Positions 44,283 to 54,886 of a stretch of DNA of 64,000 bases are shown here, one piece after another (position 1 is the first letter of the stretch; every line of letters begins with the position of its first letter). The translations under genes were made by a program, and so were the position numbers. Source of the DNA: Candidatus Latescibacterota bacterium (GTDB lineage Bacteria > Latescibacterota > UBA2968). The notes under the pieces are model-generated. The model worked only from the letters and a program-made list of their open reading frames with translations. It was not told the DNA's origin and made no database searches. The stretch lies in assembly GCA_022824945.1 (NCBI GenBank), contig JAJDYX010000013.1, positions 513 to 64,512 of the forward strand, written 5' to 3'.

Positions 44283-45207
44283 GTGGTTGCATGCTGCCGA
44301 CGAGGTCGGATATGCGGTCGATTTGGTGTGTTTTGCAATAGTCTGCAATGCCATCGAGTATCTCCAGGGCTGCAAGAGGGCGAACAAAGGTTGTGGTTCC
44401 GACCTGTATGGCGGACGCGCCAATGATGAGAAATTCAATGGCGTCGCGCGCTGTGGCTATGCCGCCCATGCCGATGACCGGGACGGAGACCCGTTCGACG
44501 ACTTTCCAGAGGAGGGCGAGGGCGATGGGTTTGATCGCGGGTCCAGATAAACCGCCTGTGATGTTTCCCAGGATGGGGCGTCGCGTGTCTGTGTCGATTG
44601 CCATGCCCAGCAGGGTGTTGATGAGGGCGATGCCGTCCGCGCCGCCTTCTTCGACTGCGCTGGCTATGGCGGCTATGTCGGTTACGTTTGGGGTGAGTTT
44701 GACGATGATGGGCAATTGCGATACGGCTTTAACGGCGCGCGTTACGTTGTGGGCGGCGCGCTCGGAACAGCCAAAGAGCATGCCGCCGTCTTTCATGTTG
44801 GGCGATGAGATGTTGAGTTCGAGGGCGTCTATGCCTTCGAGGTCGTTGAACCGGGCGGCCATGTCGGCAAATTCCCGGTCCGATGTTCCCGCTATGCTGA
44901 CGATGCGCCCCGTGTTGAGCGCGGCAAGGGGCGGGACTTTTTCGGCGATGAATGCGTCGATGCCCGGGTTGGTCAGGCCAATGGCGTTGAGCATGCCGGA
45001 TGGGGTTTCGGCTGTGCGCGGCGGTGGGTTGCCCGCCCGGGGGTGATAGGTGATGGTTTTGGTGACGATGCCACCGATTTTGCTCAGGTCAAAGAGCGAC
45101 GCATATTCGGCGCCGTGTCCAAAAGTTCCCGAGGCCATGATGACGGGGTTTTTGAGTGTGAGCCTTTTGGCGATTTTTGTCGAGAGATCTAATTGAGAGT
45201 TGGACAT
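44269..45207 (-). CDS. pyrD: Dihydroorotate dehydrogenase, class 1 catalytic subunit
   Basis: It contains LKNPVIMASGTFG, GGIVTKT, NAIGLTNPG and IGMGGI. Confidence 0.92.
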   Translation of the reverse strand: MSNSQLDLSTKIAKRLTLKNPVIMASGTFGHGAEYASLFDLSKIGGIVTKTITYHPRAGNPPPRTAETPSGMLNAIGLTNPGIDAFIAEKVPPLAALNTGRIVSIAGTSDREFADMAARFNDLEGIDALELNISSPNMKDGGMLFGCSERAAHNVTRAVKAVSQLPIIVKLTPNVTDIAAIASAVEEGGADGIALINTLLGMAIDTDTRRPILGNITGGLSGPAIKPIALALLWKVVERVSVPVIGMGGIATARDAIEFLIIGASAIQVGTTTFVRPLAALEILDGIADYCKTHQIDRISDLVGSMQPPAAH

Positions 45208-45307
45208 TTGACCGAATGGGGTATTTGTTTTGCAATGGCACGAGGTTAATATTATTTTCTGATTGAATCTTCGTCAAGGAAAATCATGAAAACCGGGGGT
45301 TTGTACA

Positions 45308-46183
45308 ATGATTATTGACGCGCATAATCACATTTATTATCACGGTTTGAATGCCGAGGGCGTGCTGAATGAGATGGATCAGTTTGGGTATGATGTGGCG
45401 TGGTTGCTTACGTGGTATTTGCCGCCGGGTGAGCATGTTGCGAGTAGCCATCGGGTGTTTAATCCGGTGAATGCACGGCCCGATGGCACGCATGCGGGAA
45501 CGACGTTGAATGATCTTTCGCAGGCGTGTGAGAAATATCCGGATCGGTTTGTGGCGGGGTATTGTCCCTGTCCGTCGGAGGGCGATGCGGCAGGGCTTTT
45601 TGAGGCTGCGTATTATTCGCATGGTGTTCGGGTGTGTGGCGAGTGGAGCTATCGGATGTTGTTGAATGATCCGCGTGCGATTCTGTTGTTTCGCAAGGCG
45701 GGTGAGTTGGGCGCGCCAGTGGTTTTGCATATTGATACGCCGTTTTTGAATGGGGTGTATCAGGAGCACTGGTATGGCGGGGAGATTGGCGCGTTGGAGC
45801 AGGCGTTGCAGGCGTGTCCGGATACGATATTTGTCGGTCACGCGCCCGGTTTCTGGCGGCATGTGAGTGGGGATGAGGCGACGGATCCGGAGACATATCC
45901 TTCGGGTGAGGTTGCGCCGGGGGGGCGTTTGTTCGATTTGTTTGCACAATATGCGAATCTCTGGGCGGATTTGTCGGCGGGTTCTGGTTTGAATGCGTTG
46001 CAGCGGATGGCGGATGAGGGGCGAGATTTTTTGATCGAATATCAGGATCGTTTGTTGTTTGGTCGCGACGCTCCGGGGAATGCATTGCAGGTGCATTTGG
46101 AGGGGCTGGATTTGCCACAGGATGTCAGGGAGAAGATTTATTGCGAGAATGCGCTGCGTTTGGTTCCTTTAGAGAGGTCATAA
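45308..46183 (+). CDS. Amidohydrolase-family metal-dependent hydrolase (TIM barrel)
   Basis: The N-terminal MIIDAHNHIYY is an HxH metal motif. Internal His/Asp positions are consistent with the amidohydrolase_2 type. Confidence 0.7.
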   Translation: MIIDAHNHIYYHGLNAEGVLNEMDQFGYDVAWLLTWYLPPGEHVASSHRVFNPVNARPDGTHAGTTLNDLSQACEKYPDRFVAGYCPCPSEGDAAGLFEAAYYSHGVRVCGEWSYRMLLNDPRAILLFRKAGELGAPVVLHIDTPFLNGVYQEHWYGGEIGALEQALQACPDTIFVGHAPGFWRHVSGDEATDPETYPSGEVAPGGRLFDLFAQYANLWADLSAGSGLNALQRMADEGRDFLIEYQDRLLFGRDAPGNALQVHLEGLDLPQDVREKIYCENALRLVPLERS

Positions 46184-46198
46184 TACAAGGGAGGTAAA

Positions 46199-47224
46199 AT
46201 GAAAACACATGTATTTACCAGTGGGCAGGATGGGTATCACACGTATCGCATTCCGGCATTGCTGGTGACACAGGCGGGGACTTTGCTGGCGTTTTGCGAG
46301 GGGCGGCGCACGGGACGTGGGGATCACGGGGATCTCGATTTGCTGGTGAAGCGGTCGGAGGACGGCGGGGAGACGTGGTCTGAACAGGTGTTGATTTACG
46401 GGGAGCCTGGAGAGGTGACGATTGGCAATCCGTGTCCTGTGGTGGATGGTGATACGGGTGTGATCTGGTTGCCGTTTTGTCGGGAGAATGACGATGTGTT
46501 TATTACGCATAGTGCAGATGATGGGGAGACGTGGGCAGATCCGAAGGAGATTACTGCGGATGTGAAGATGCCCGCATGGGGCTGGTATGCGACGGGTCCG
46601 GGGGTTGGTATTCAATTGCAGCGGGGGGAGCACAGGGGACGGCTGGTGATTCCGTGCGATCATCGGGAGGATACGGCTTATGGCAATGGTTCGCATGCAA
46701 TTTATAGCGATGACCATGGCGAGACATGGCAATTGAGTGCGTTGATTACGCCAGGTGCGAATGAATGCCAGGTTGTGGAGTTGTCAGATGGGTCGTTGAA
46801 GATGAATATTCGGATGCAGACGTATAGCGAAGGGGTGCGGGGGATTTCGGTGAGTGGGGATGGTGGACACAGTTGGTCAGAGGTTGTACACGATGCGAAT
46901 TTGCCGTGTCCGAAATGTCAGGCGAGTTTGATAGGCGAAGGCGACCGATTGTTTTTTTCAAATCCCGTGTCGCTCACGCCGGTAGAAAGCCCTCAAGCTG
47001 GAGAACGGTTTTATCCGGGCAAGGGACGAGGCGAGCGCGTGAATATGACTGTGCGTTTGAGCGAGGATGGCGGGGAGACGTGGTCCCGGGAAAAGCTGTT
47101 GCACGAGGGTCCGGCAGCGTATTCCTGCCTAACTCTGTTACCCGATGGAGATGTTGGGTGTTTGTATGAGGCGGGAGAAGAACATTCGTATCAGTATCTA
47201 ATTTTTGAGCGGTTTAGCCTGTGA
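46199..47224 (+). CDS. Exo-alpha-sialidase-like BNR/Asp-box glycosidase (GH33-like), no signal peptide
   Basis: It has the YRIP motif (YHTYRIPALLV). Repeated Asp-boxes are present: SEDGGETWS, SADDGETWA, SDDHGETWQ, SGDGGHSWS and SEDGGETWS. Confidence 0.8.
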   Translation: MKTHVFTSGQDGYHTYRIPALLVTQAGTLLAFCEGRRTGRGDHGDLDLLVKRSEDGGETWSEQVLIYGEPGEVTIGNPCPVVDGDTGVIWLPFCRENDDVFITHSADDGETWADPKEITADVKMPAWGWYATGPGVGIQLQRGEHRGRLVIPCDHREDTAYGNGSHAIYSDDHGETWQLSALITPGANECQVVELSDGSLKMNIRMQTYSEGVRGISVSGDGGHSWSEVVHDANLPCPKCQASLIGEGDRLFFSNPVSLTPVESPQAGERFYPGKGRGERVNMTVRLSEDGGETWSREKLLHEGPAAYSCLTLLPDGDVGCLYEAGEEHSYQYLIFERFSL

Positions 47225-47308
47225 TCCGCAGCTTTGGTTTCTAATCCGCGTATTTCCGCGTCATCCGATTAATCCGTGATCGGTTTTTGAGCGGTTTAGA
47301 ATATGATC
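47202..47308 (+). repeat. ~25-bp direct duplication of the sialidase 3' end flanking a small inserted repeat element
   Basis: TTTTTGAGCGGTTTAG occurs at 47202-47217 and again at 47284-47299. Both copies are followed by nnTnTGATC. The 82-bp interval between them contains AATCCGCG / AATCCGTGATC motifs. Confidence 0.7.
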
Positions 47309-47327
47309 TAATTAAAGGGAGTTCAAT

Positions 47328-48599
47328 GTGCCCAGATTAATTTCTCAAATTGGCAGTGAACGCGCGACTTCTGGCGCGGGGAATAAGGTCGTTACGCACG
47401 ATGGCAGGACGCATGTGGTCTGGCAGGATGTGACGGGTGAGGGCTATTTTAACAGGGTTTGCACTTTTGATCGCGATACTGGGGAATGTTTGGGACCATT
47501 CACGCTTAATCAGGGGCGCGATAATCACGCGCGTCCGATTATAACGGTTGATCACGAGGGCTATTTGCAGGCTATTATGAGTGGTCATAATTCGCCGGTG
47601 ACGTATCGGCGGTCGGTGCGGCCCAATGATGCGAGTGAGTGGACGGAGGGTGAGCCGGCTGGTTCGGGGACTTATCCGGTTGTTGTGTGCGGTTTGGATG
47701 ATGCGCTTTTTTTGACGGTGCGGTCATCCAATCGCTGGGATGGTGTGGATTTTTATTCTAAAGATAAGGGTGAAGCTTGGCGAGAACGCGGGAAGTTGAT
47801 TGTACGGCGTGAGGATTATACGGGTTATGGTGCGTTTCAAACGGGTATGGCTATCGATGCTGATGGCGTTATTCATCTTGTGGTGGATTTTTACGAGGGT
47901 ATAGGCATCCGCGATCTGCGCGGGTTACATCAGGCTGTGTGTTATATGTGCAGTCGAGATGGTGGCGCGTCCTGGGAGAGGGCCGATGGCACGCGCGTCG
48001 AGTTGCCAGCGCGGCCCGAGCAGCTCGATATTCTCGTCAGGACTGAGGAGGATGAACGCCACGAGCCTATGCCCCGTCCCGAGGTGCTCTCACAGGGGTG
48101 TATTGTGGTTTCTTCTGAGGGACCACATATTCTCTATGTTTCGCATCTGGATGAGCCGGGGGAGATCGTTTATGCCCGGCCCGATGCACAGGGTGTCTGG
48201 CAGCGAGCGTCCATTGATGCGGGTTTTCCAGACCACCGTCCGACGGGGTGCCGAGGGGCGTTTAGTGTGGACGAAGCGGGTAATCTTTATGCGTTGCTGG
48301 AGCTTCAGCCGCTTGGGAAGGGCTGGAATGATGGGAAACCCACGCGTGGATTGAACTGGGAGACCAAGGACAAGCGTCTGGTGTGGTTGACTTTGCAGGA
48401 TGGGGATTGGAAATCGCAGCTCGCGTTGCCGCAGGATACGGTTTTTAACGAGGCGAACCTGGAACGCCCTACTGGTGCCAATACCATTCCCGCAGGGCAA
48501 TTCCCACCTTTTGTTTTTTTTGATGGGGAGTCGCGTTATCCAGATAAAGAGGCAGGTGAGGTGATCAATAATCAGGTGTTTTTTTGCGATTCAAAATAA
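47328..48599 (+). CDS. BNR/Asp-box repeat protein (BNR_4-like), function unknown
   Basis: The 423-aa product has the Asp-box SRDGGASWER and a beta-propeller-like repeat pattern. It uses a GTG start. Confidence 0.6.
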   Translation: MPRLISQIGSERATSGAGNKVVTHDGRTHVVWQDVTGEGYFNRVCTFDRDTGECLGPFTLNQGRDNHARPIITVDHEGYLQAIMSGHNSPVTYRRSVRPNDASEWTEGEPAGSGTYPVVVCGLDDALFLTVRSSNRWDGVDFYSKDKGEAWRERGKLIVRREDYTGYGAFQTGMAIDADGVIHLVVDFYEGIGIRDLRGLHQAVCYMCSRDGGASWERADGTRVELPARPEQLDILVRTEEDERHEPMPRPEVLSQGCIVVSSEGPHILYVSHLDEPGEIVYARPDAQGVWQRASIDAGFPDHRPTGCRGAFSVDEAGNLYALLELQPLGKGWNDGKPTRGLNWETKDKRLVWLTLQDGDWKSQLALPQDTVFNEANLERPTGANTIPAGQFPPFVFFDGESRYPDKEAGEVINNQVFFCDSK

Positions 48600-48600
48600 A

Positions 48601-48631
48601 AAAGGGACACCCAATAGAGTGTCCCTTTTTA
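48601..48631. terminator. Bidirectional rho-independent terminator
   Basis: The stem is AAAGGGACAC / GTGTCCCTTT with an 8-nt loop and flanking A/T runs. It lies between convergent genes. Confidence 0.8.
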
Positions 48632-48649
48632 TAGCGAAAGACTGACCGC

Positions 48650-50311
<1,662 letters not shown>

Positions 50312-50344
50312 TTAATACGGTACTTGTGCCGCTTTAATGCGGTA

Positions 50345-50635
50345 TTAATCAATGATCGCTAAAATATCGCCTTCGGGCATGATCAGATAGTCTTCGTCGT
50401 CCAGACGGACTTCTGTGCCCGAATACTTGCCGTAAAGTACTGTGTCGCCGGATGCGACCGACAACGGGATCCGGTTGCCGGAATCGTCGGGTTTGCCATC
50501 GCCAACAGCCACGATTTCGCCCCGCTGGGGTTTTTCTTTGGCTGTGTCGGGAATGATGATGCCACCCTTGACCTGTTCGTCTTCTTCAACAGGTTTGACC
50601 AGCACGCGATCCCCGAGGGGTTTCACCTTCGCCAT
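50345..50635 (-). CDS. groES: Co-chaperonin GroES
   Basis: The product reads [45 protein letters not shown]. Confidence 0.97.
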   Translation of the reverse strand: MAKVKPLGDRVLVKPVEEDEQVKGGIIIPDTAKEKPQRGEIVAVGDGKPDDSGNRIPLSVASGDTVLYGKYSGTEVRLDDEDYLIMPEGDILAIID

Positions 50636-50686
50636 TTTTATAGCCTCCTTATGCGAGGTGGAGTGAAAAGAAACGGATGATGTGTT

Positions 50687-50713
50687 TTAGCACTCTCACT
50701 TGCCGAGTGCTAA
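50687..50713. promoter_or_regulatory. CIRCE operator (HrcA binding site)
   Basis: TTAGCACTC-N9-GAGTGCTAA is an exact consensus match. It lies 52 nt upstream of groES. Confidence 0.92.
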
Positions 50714-50723
50714 TGGGGCGGAG

Positions 50724-50752
50724 AATATATCAAAGACCTTTCAGTAGCGCAA
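50724..50752 (-). promoter_or_regulatory. Candidate groESL promoter (TTGCGC-17 nt-TATATT on minus strand)
   Basis: The -10 box ends about 10 nt upstream of CIRCE. This is the typical arrangement for HrcA-controlled promoters. Confidence 0.55.
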
Positions 50753-50754
50753 GA

Positions 50755-50793
50755 AAAATAAAAAAATGGGACAATCTCGTTGGAGAATGTCCC
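50755..50793 (-). terminator. rho-independent terminator of sodN
   Basis: The stem is GGGACA(A/T)TCTC / GAGAATGTCCC with a 4-nt loop and one mismatch. It is followed by a T-run on the minus strand. Confidence 0.65.
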
Positions 50794-50817
50794 ATAAAAA
50801 GCAGTGATGTAGATTAA

Positions 50818-51270
50818 CTATTTCGCGTTGTAGAGCGCCTGAAAAGCGTTTATGTGATCGCGCAAGGTCTGCGCGTTTTTCGGGTCTGTGGTTTGCTTGC
50901 ATTTCATTGCCGTGCGTATAATTTTGTGCAGGGCTATTAGCTTTTCGGTATAGGCTTTTGCCGCGGCGGCATCTCCTTCTGCCGGTTCTGTGATTCGTTG
51001 CGCCAGAAAGTATTGTGCGACGATATCGCGAATCTGATCGGCATGGTGCTCTTTGTTGACGACCCACCGCACGATCTGGTTGTTGTTCTTTTCGCTTTCT
51101 CCCGACAATTTGTTGATTTCATTCATCGATTTTTCAATGGTAGTCGCGTTTTCCAATAGCAGTACAAACCGACCCTCATCGCCATAGATCCCACACGGTA
51201 TCTCGCAGTGCGCTCCGACGAGAACGGGAAGGAGGAATACGCTCAGTAAAGAAATGGTAAAATGTCTCAT
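50818..51270 (-). CDS. sodN: Nickel-containing superoxide dismutase (NiSOD) precursor
   Basis: The Ni-hook HCEIPCGIY follows a 20-aa hydrophobic leader, MRHFTISLLSVFLLPVLVGA. The rest aligns by eye with the Streptomyces SodN helices. Confidence 0.85.
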   Translation of the reverse strand: MRHFTISLLSVFLLPVLVGAHCEIPCGIYGDEGRFVLLLENATTIEKSMNEINKLSGESEKNNNQIVRWVVNKEHHADQIRDIVAQYFLAQRITEPAEGDAAAAKAYTEKLIALHKIIRTAMKCKQTTDPKNAQTLRDHINAFQALYNAK

Positions 51271-51340
51271 TTGGATCTCCTTGTAAAAATTTTAACCTGA
51301 ACTGGATTGACATTCGAATATAATACATATCCCCGCGGAT

Positions 51341-52426
51341 TCAAAACCCCCACATTCGCAATGCGGCATCGGTTTTGATATCTACACCGTTCTCGCGGAG
51401 CGAATCGCGACTGTCCAATAAAAACCGTTTGACAGCCTCAATGCTGACGATAATACCCAAACCGGGTTCCACGACCTCGCGTTCTTCAACCGAGATGTGA
51501 CCGAGCAAGTCGGGCGATAATGTCGCACCTTCATTTAATCTATGATGGGGCACCAATAAGCGGAATGTTTCTGTTGTGGCTCCCCGACAAAGGCCCACGA
51601 GTTCAAAATTGGGCAAGCCATCTCGTACGGCAACCACAGGTCCGCCACTGTAGCCTGCACGGATGGGCGCATCGACAAAAAACCGATCTTTGTCCTCGTC
51701 CAAACTCACGGTGCCCGCAGTGAGATGCATCTTATTTTTTGGATGACCTGCGATATAGACAAAATTGCCCCATTGTAGATCCGATGTCTTGCCCAGCCGC
51801 AGCAAAAAAGGCCATGGTTTTTTCATCAAATGGGGGATATTGAGTTTGAGCAAAGATAGGTCTGCTTCGGGATCGAGGCGCACGATTTTTGCAGAGATGC
51901 GTTCGCCATCGCGATTGACCACGTGCAATGAGGTACTGGTTTTAATGGAGATCCGTTCGAGTACCTTTGTTTCCATGCCCCGGGCGTCCCGCATGAAATA
52001 CCGAATGGTATCCGGTGCTGTTACCAGATGTGCATTTGTCAGTGCAACTGCCACATTGTATTGATTGGCCACGGATTGTCGCGAAATTACGAGCGCAGTG
52101 CCCACTTTGGAATAAGAATCGACGGTTTCGCGGATGCCATTTCGCAATAGCCGATAGCCGGTTGGGCTGTTTTCATCTCTTAAAGGCAAATGGAGCAATA
52201 AGCCTCTGTCGTTTCTCATATCATGTGTGTAAAATATGTTGGTATATTGGGGTGTCCACACGACTTTTACGGTGGAAGCAAATAGGGTTTCAAATCCGGC
52301 CCGGGCATCACCCCGCCCAATGGGGACGCGATAATCGTATTCCCCGTCGGGTGCGAGAACATATTGCGCGGCGCATCCCCCAAAGCACAGGAGAGCTATT
52401 GCGATTAGCCGGTAGAGGTTTTGCAT
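51341..52426 (-). CDS. Trypsin-like (S1C-type) serine protease lipoprotein
   Basis: It has the lipobox LLCFGGC. The candidate catalytic triad contexts are LTNAHLV, DLSLLKL and GYSGGPVV. I recognise no PDZ domain. Confidence 0.7.
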   Translation of the reverse strand: MQNLYRLIAIALLCFGGCAAQYVLAPDGEYDYRVPIGRGDARAGFETLFASTVKVVWTPQYTNIFYTHDMRNDRGLLLHLPLRDENSPTGYRLLRNGIRETVDSYSKVGTALVISRQSVANQYNVAVALTNAHLVTAPDTIRYFMRDARGMETKVLERISIKTSTSLHVVNRDGERISAKIVRLDPEADLSLLKLNIPHLMKKPWPFLLRLGKTSDLQWGNFVYIAGHPKNKMHLTAGTVSLDEDKDRFFVDAPIRAGYSGGPVVAVRDGLPNFELVGLCRGATTETFRLLVPHHRLNEGATLSPDLLGHISVEEREVVEPGLGIIVSIEAVKRFLLDSRDSLRENGVDIKTDAALRMWGF

Positions 52427-52547
52427 TGCTTTTTCGCACCCTTTCTGTATATTTGCCTTGCGTTACCCACAGCAGTATAATGATTTCGCTCAAACACCGC
52501 CACCATATCTCCCGCCTGTTTGTCAGCTATTGGCTCCTATAGAAAAT

Positions 52548-54683
52548 ATGTCTGTCTCTCGCGATCAGGTACTGAATTTTGTGCGCCAACAACACAGGCG
52601 TCCGCGCAAGATCAGGGAACTTGCTCGCGCGCTTCGCGTCTCTGATCGGGCTTATTCAGATTTTCGCCGCCTGATTCGCCGCATGGTGCGCGATGGTGAC
52701 CTCGTAAAGTTGCGCCGCAGCCGTTACGGCATTCCGTCTGAACACAATCTCGTCGTTGGTCGCATCAGTGTCCAGGCCAGTGGATATGGTCTGCTTGCGC
52801 CCGAAGATGGGGGCGCAGATATTTTTATTGGTGCGAGATACATGAGGCGTGCGCGACATGGGGATCGCGCTGTGGCGCGCCTTACGCGCAAGGCACAGGG
52901 CAGCGATCGCGCAGAAGGCGAGTTGATTCGCATTGTGGAACGCGCAGAGCAAACAATGGTGGGTACGTATGACGGCGTTTCTCTCGTCACTTCCGACGAT
53001 CCGCGTATCCGCGCGCGCGTTCATATCCCCGATGACCTGACCTGTGGTGCTAAGGCGGGGCAAAAGGTGGTTGTTCGCCTTAAATATTCCTCACCCAATG
53101 CCCATCCCGATGGGCGGATTATCGAAGTTCTGGGCAATGCGGACGATGCGGGTATTGAGACCCTTATTCTGATCAAAAAACTCGGTCTTCCTCTCGATTT
53201 CCCTCAACATGTTCTCGATGCTACAGAAGCGATTCCCGAAGGTATTCCCACAGAGGAAATTGACCGTCGCCTCGATTTGCGCGATTTGGTCTGTTTTACG
53301 ATTGATCCAGCCGATGCGCGCGATCACGACGATGCCGTATCGCTTCAGGTTCTCGATGATCAGACCTATTGTCTGGGCATTCATATTGCCGATGTCAGCT
53401 TCTATGTTCCCGAAGGTTCGTCTCTCGACCACGAAGCCCTCGCACGCGGCAGCAGTGTGTATTTGCCCGATCGCGTTATTCCTATGTTGCCGGAGAAACT
53501 CTCGGCAAATATCTGTTCTTTACAGCCCTGTGAAGATCGCCTTGCTCTGAGTATTCTGGCGCGGATTACCTCCGGAGGTGAGTTGATTGACGCCCAGATT
53601 GCAGAGACGGTTATACGCAGCCGCGCGAGTCTGTCTTATGGAGAGGTTCAGCAGGTGCTCGACCGCGATAGATACACGGGTAATCCCGCTGAACCGTATG
53701 CCGACATTCTCATGCATATGGAGGCTCTGAGAAGTCGTCTGACGGAGAAACGCCTGGCAAGGGGTACGATTGATTTTGAGATTCCCGAACCTCGTATTAT
53801 TCTCGACGATCAGGGCTATCCTGTTCACATTCGTCCCCGCGCCCGTCTGAATAGTCATCGTCTTATTGAAGAATTTATGCTTCTGGCTAATGAGATTGTC
53901 GCGCGGCGCATGGCCGATAGCGGCGTCCCAATTCTCTATCGCGTCCACGAACCGCCCGACGGTGAAAAACTCGCCGCATTTTGCGATCTGGCAAAAACAC
54001 TGGGGTATCGTCTTTCCAACCCTTCGCGGATAGATAGCATCCAGGCGTTTCTCGCAAATTTCAAGGATGAGCCGATCGGTCATATTTTGAGCCATCGCCT
54101 GTTGCGTTCAATGAAGAAGGCTGTGTACACGCCCGACAATGTCGGTCATTTTGGGTTGGCTTGCGATACTTATACGCATTTCACATCGCCCATTCGACGC
54201 TACCCCGATCTAATTCTTCACCGCACTTTGCGCGATGCGATTAACGATGCGATCACGCCCGGGCAGATGGCGCGTCGGGCACGCCTCTTGCCCGATATTG
54301 GCGATCTAGCGACGCAACGCGAGATCGCCGCGCAACAGGCCGAGTGGGATGCTATTCGGCTTATGCAAATTCTCTATTTGAAAGATAAGATGGGCGAGTG
54401 TTTTGATGCCGTTATTGTCGATGTGCGTTCTATTGGTTTTTTTGTTCAACTCAATGATGTACTCATTGAGGGTCTGGTTCACGTAAAATATCTCTACGAT
54501 GATTATTATATTTACCACGAGTTGCAAGGTGCTCTCATTGGCGAATCCACGGGAACGATTTTCCGACTCGGGGATTCGGTTCAGGTACAACTCGCGCAAC
54601 TCGACCGGCAACGCCTGCGGATAGACTTTCACCTTTTGTCACATGCGCAAAATGATCGTCCCAAAAGACGCGGGAGGAGATAG
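52548..54683 (+). CDS. rnr: Ribonuclease R
   Basis: It has an N-terminal HTH-like region and cold-shock-like domains. The RNB catalytic region includes TIDPADARDHDDAVS, and a C-terminal S1 domain is followed by a basic tail. I place the start at ATG 52548. Confidence 0.9.
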   Translation: MSVSRDQVLNFVRQQHRRPRKIRELARALRVSDRAYSDFRRLIRRMVRDGDLVKLRRSRYGIPSEHNLVVGRISVQASGYGLLAPEDGGADIFIGARYMRRARHGDRAVARLTRKAQGSDRAEGELIRIVERAEQTMVGTYDGVSLVTSDDPRIRARVHIPDDLTCGAKAGQKVVVRLKYSSPNAHPDGRIIEVLGNADDAGIETLILIKKLGLPLDFPQHVLDATEAIPEGIPTEEIDRRLDLRDLVCFTIDPADARDHDDAVSLQVLDDQTYCLGIHIADVSFYVPEGSSLDHEALARGSSVYLPDRVIPMLPEKLSANICSLQPCEDRLALSILARITSGGELIDAQIAETVIRSRASLSYGEVQQVLDRDRYTGNPAEPYADILMHMEALRSRLTEKRLARGTIDFEIPEPRIILDDQGYPVHIRPRARLNSHRLIEEFMLLANEIVARRMADSGVPILYRVHEPPDGEKLAAFCDLAKTLGYRLSNPSRIDSIQAFLANFKDEPIGHILSHRLLRSMKKAVYTPDNVGHFGLACDTYTHFTSPIRRYPDLILHRTLRDAINDAITPGQMARRARLLPDIGDLATQREIAAQQAEWDAIRLMQILYLKDKMGECFDAVIVDVRSIGFFVQLNDVLIEGLVHVKYLYDDYYIYHELQGALIGESTGTIFRLGDSVQVQLAQLDRQRLRIDFHLLSHAQNDRPKRRGRR

Positions 54684-54764
54684 ACGCAATTTTGAACCTT
54701 TTGGGCATTCAAACATTAAAATAGAGGGTTGATTTTAAAGCGATCAGTTCCCCACCCATCCTGG

Positions 54765-54834
54765 ACTCCTGCTTAAAGCATGCAGGAGTGACGATTGTCA
54801 TTGCGGCAGGTTCCCCGCTTAAAGCATGCGGGGA
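54765..54834 (+). repeat. Two hairpins with identical 9-nt loop (TTAAAGCAT) and compensatory stem changes
   Basis: Hairpin 1 is ACTCCTGC-TTAAAGCAT-GCAGGAGT at 54765-54789. Hairpin 2 is TCCCCGC-TTAAAGCAT-GCGGGGA at 54812-54834. Confidence 0.7.
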
Positions 54835-54886
54835 CATGCTTAGCCGCAATCCAGTCTGTCAAATAAGAACAACACGGGCATATATC

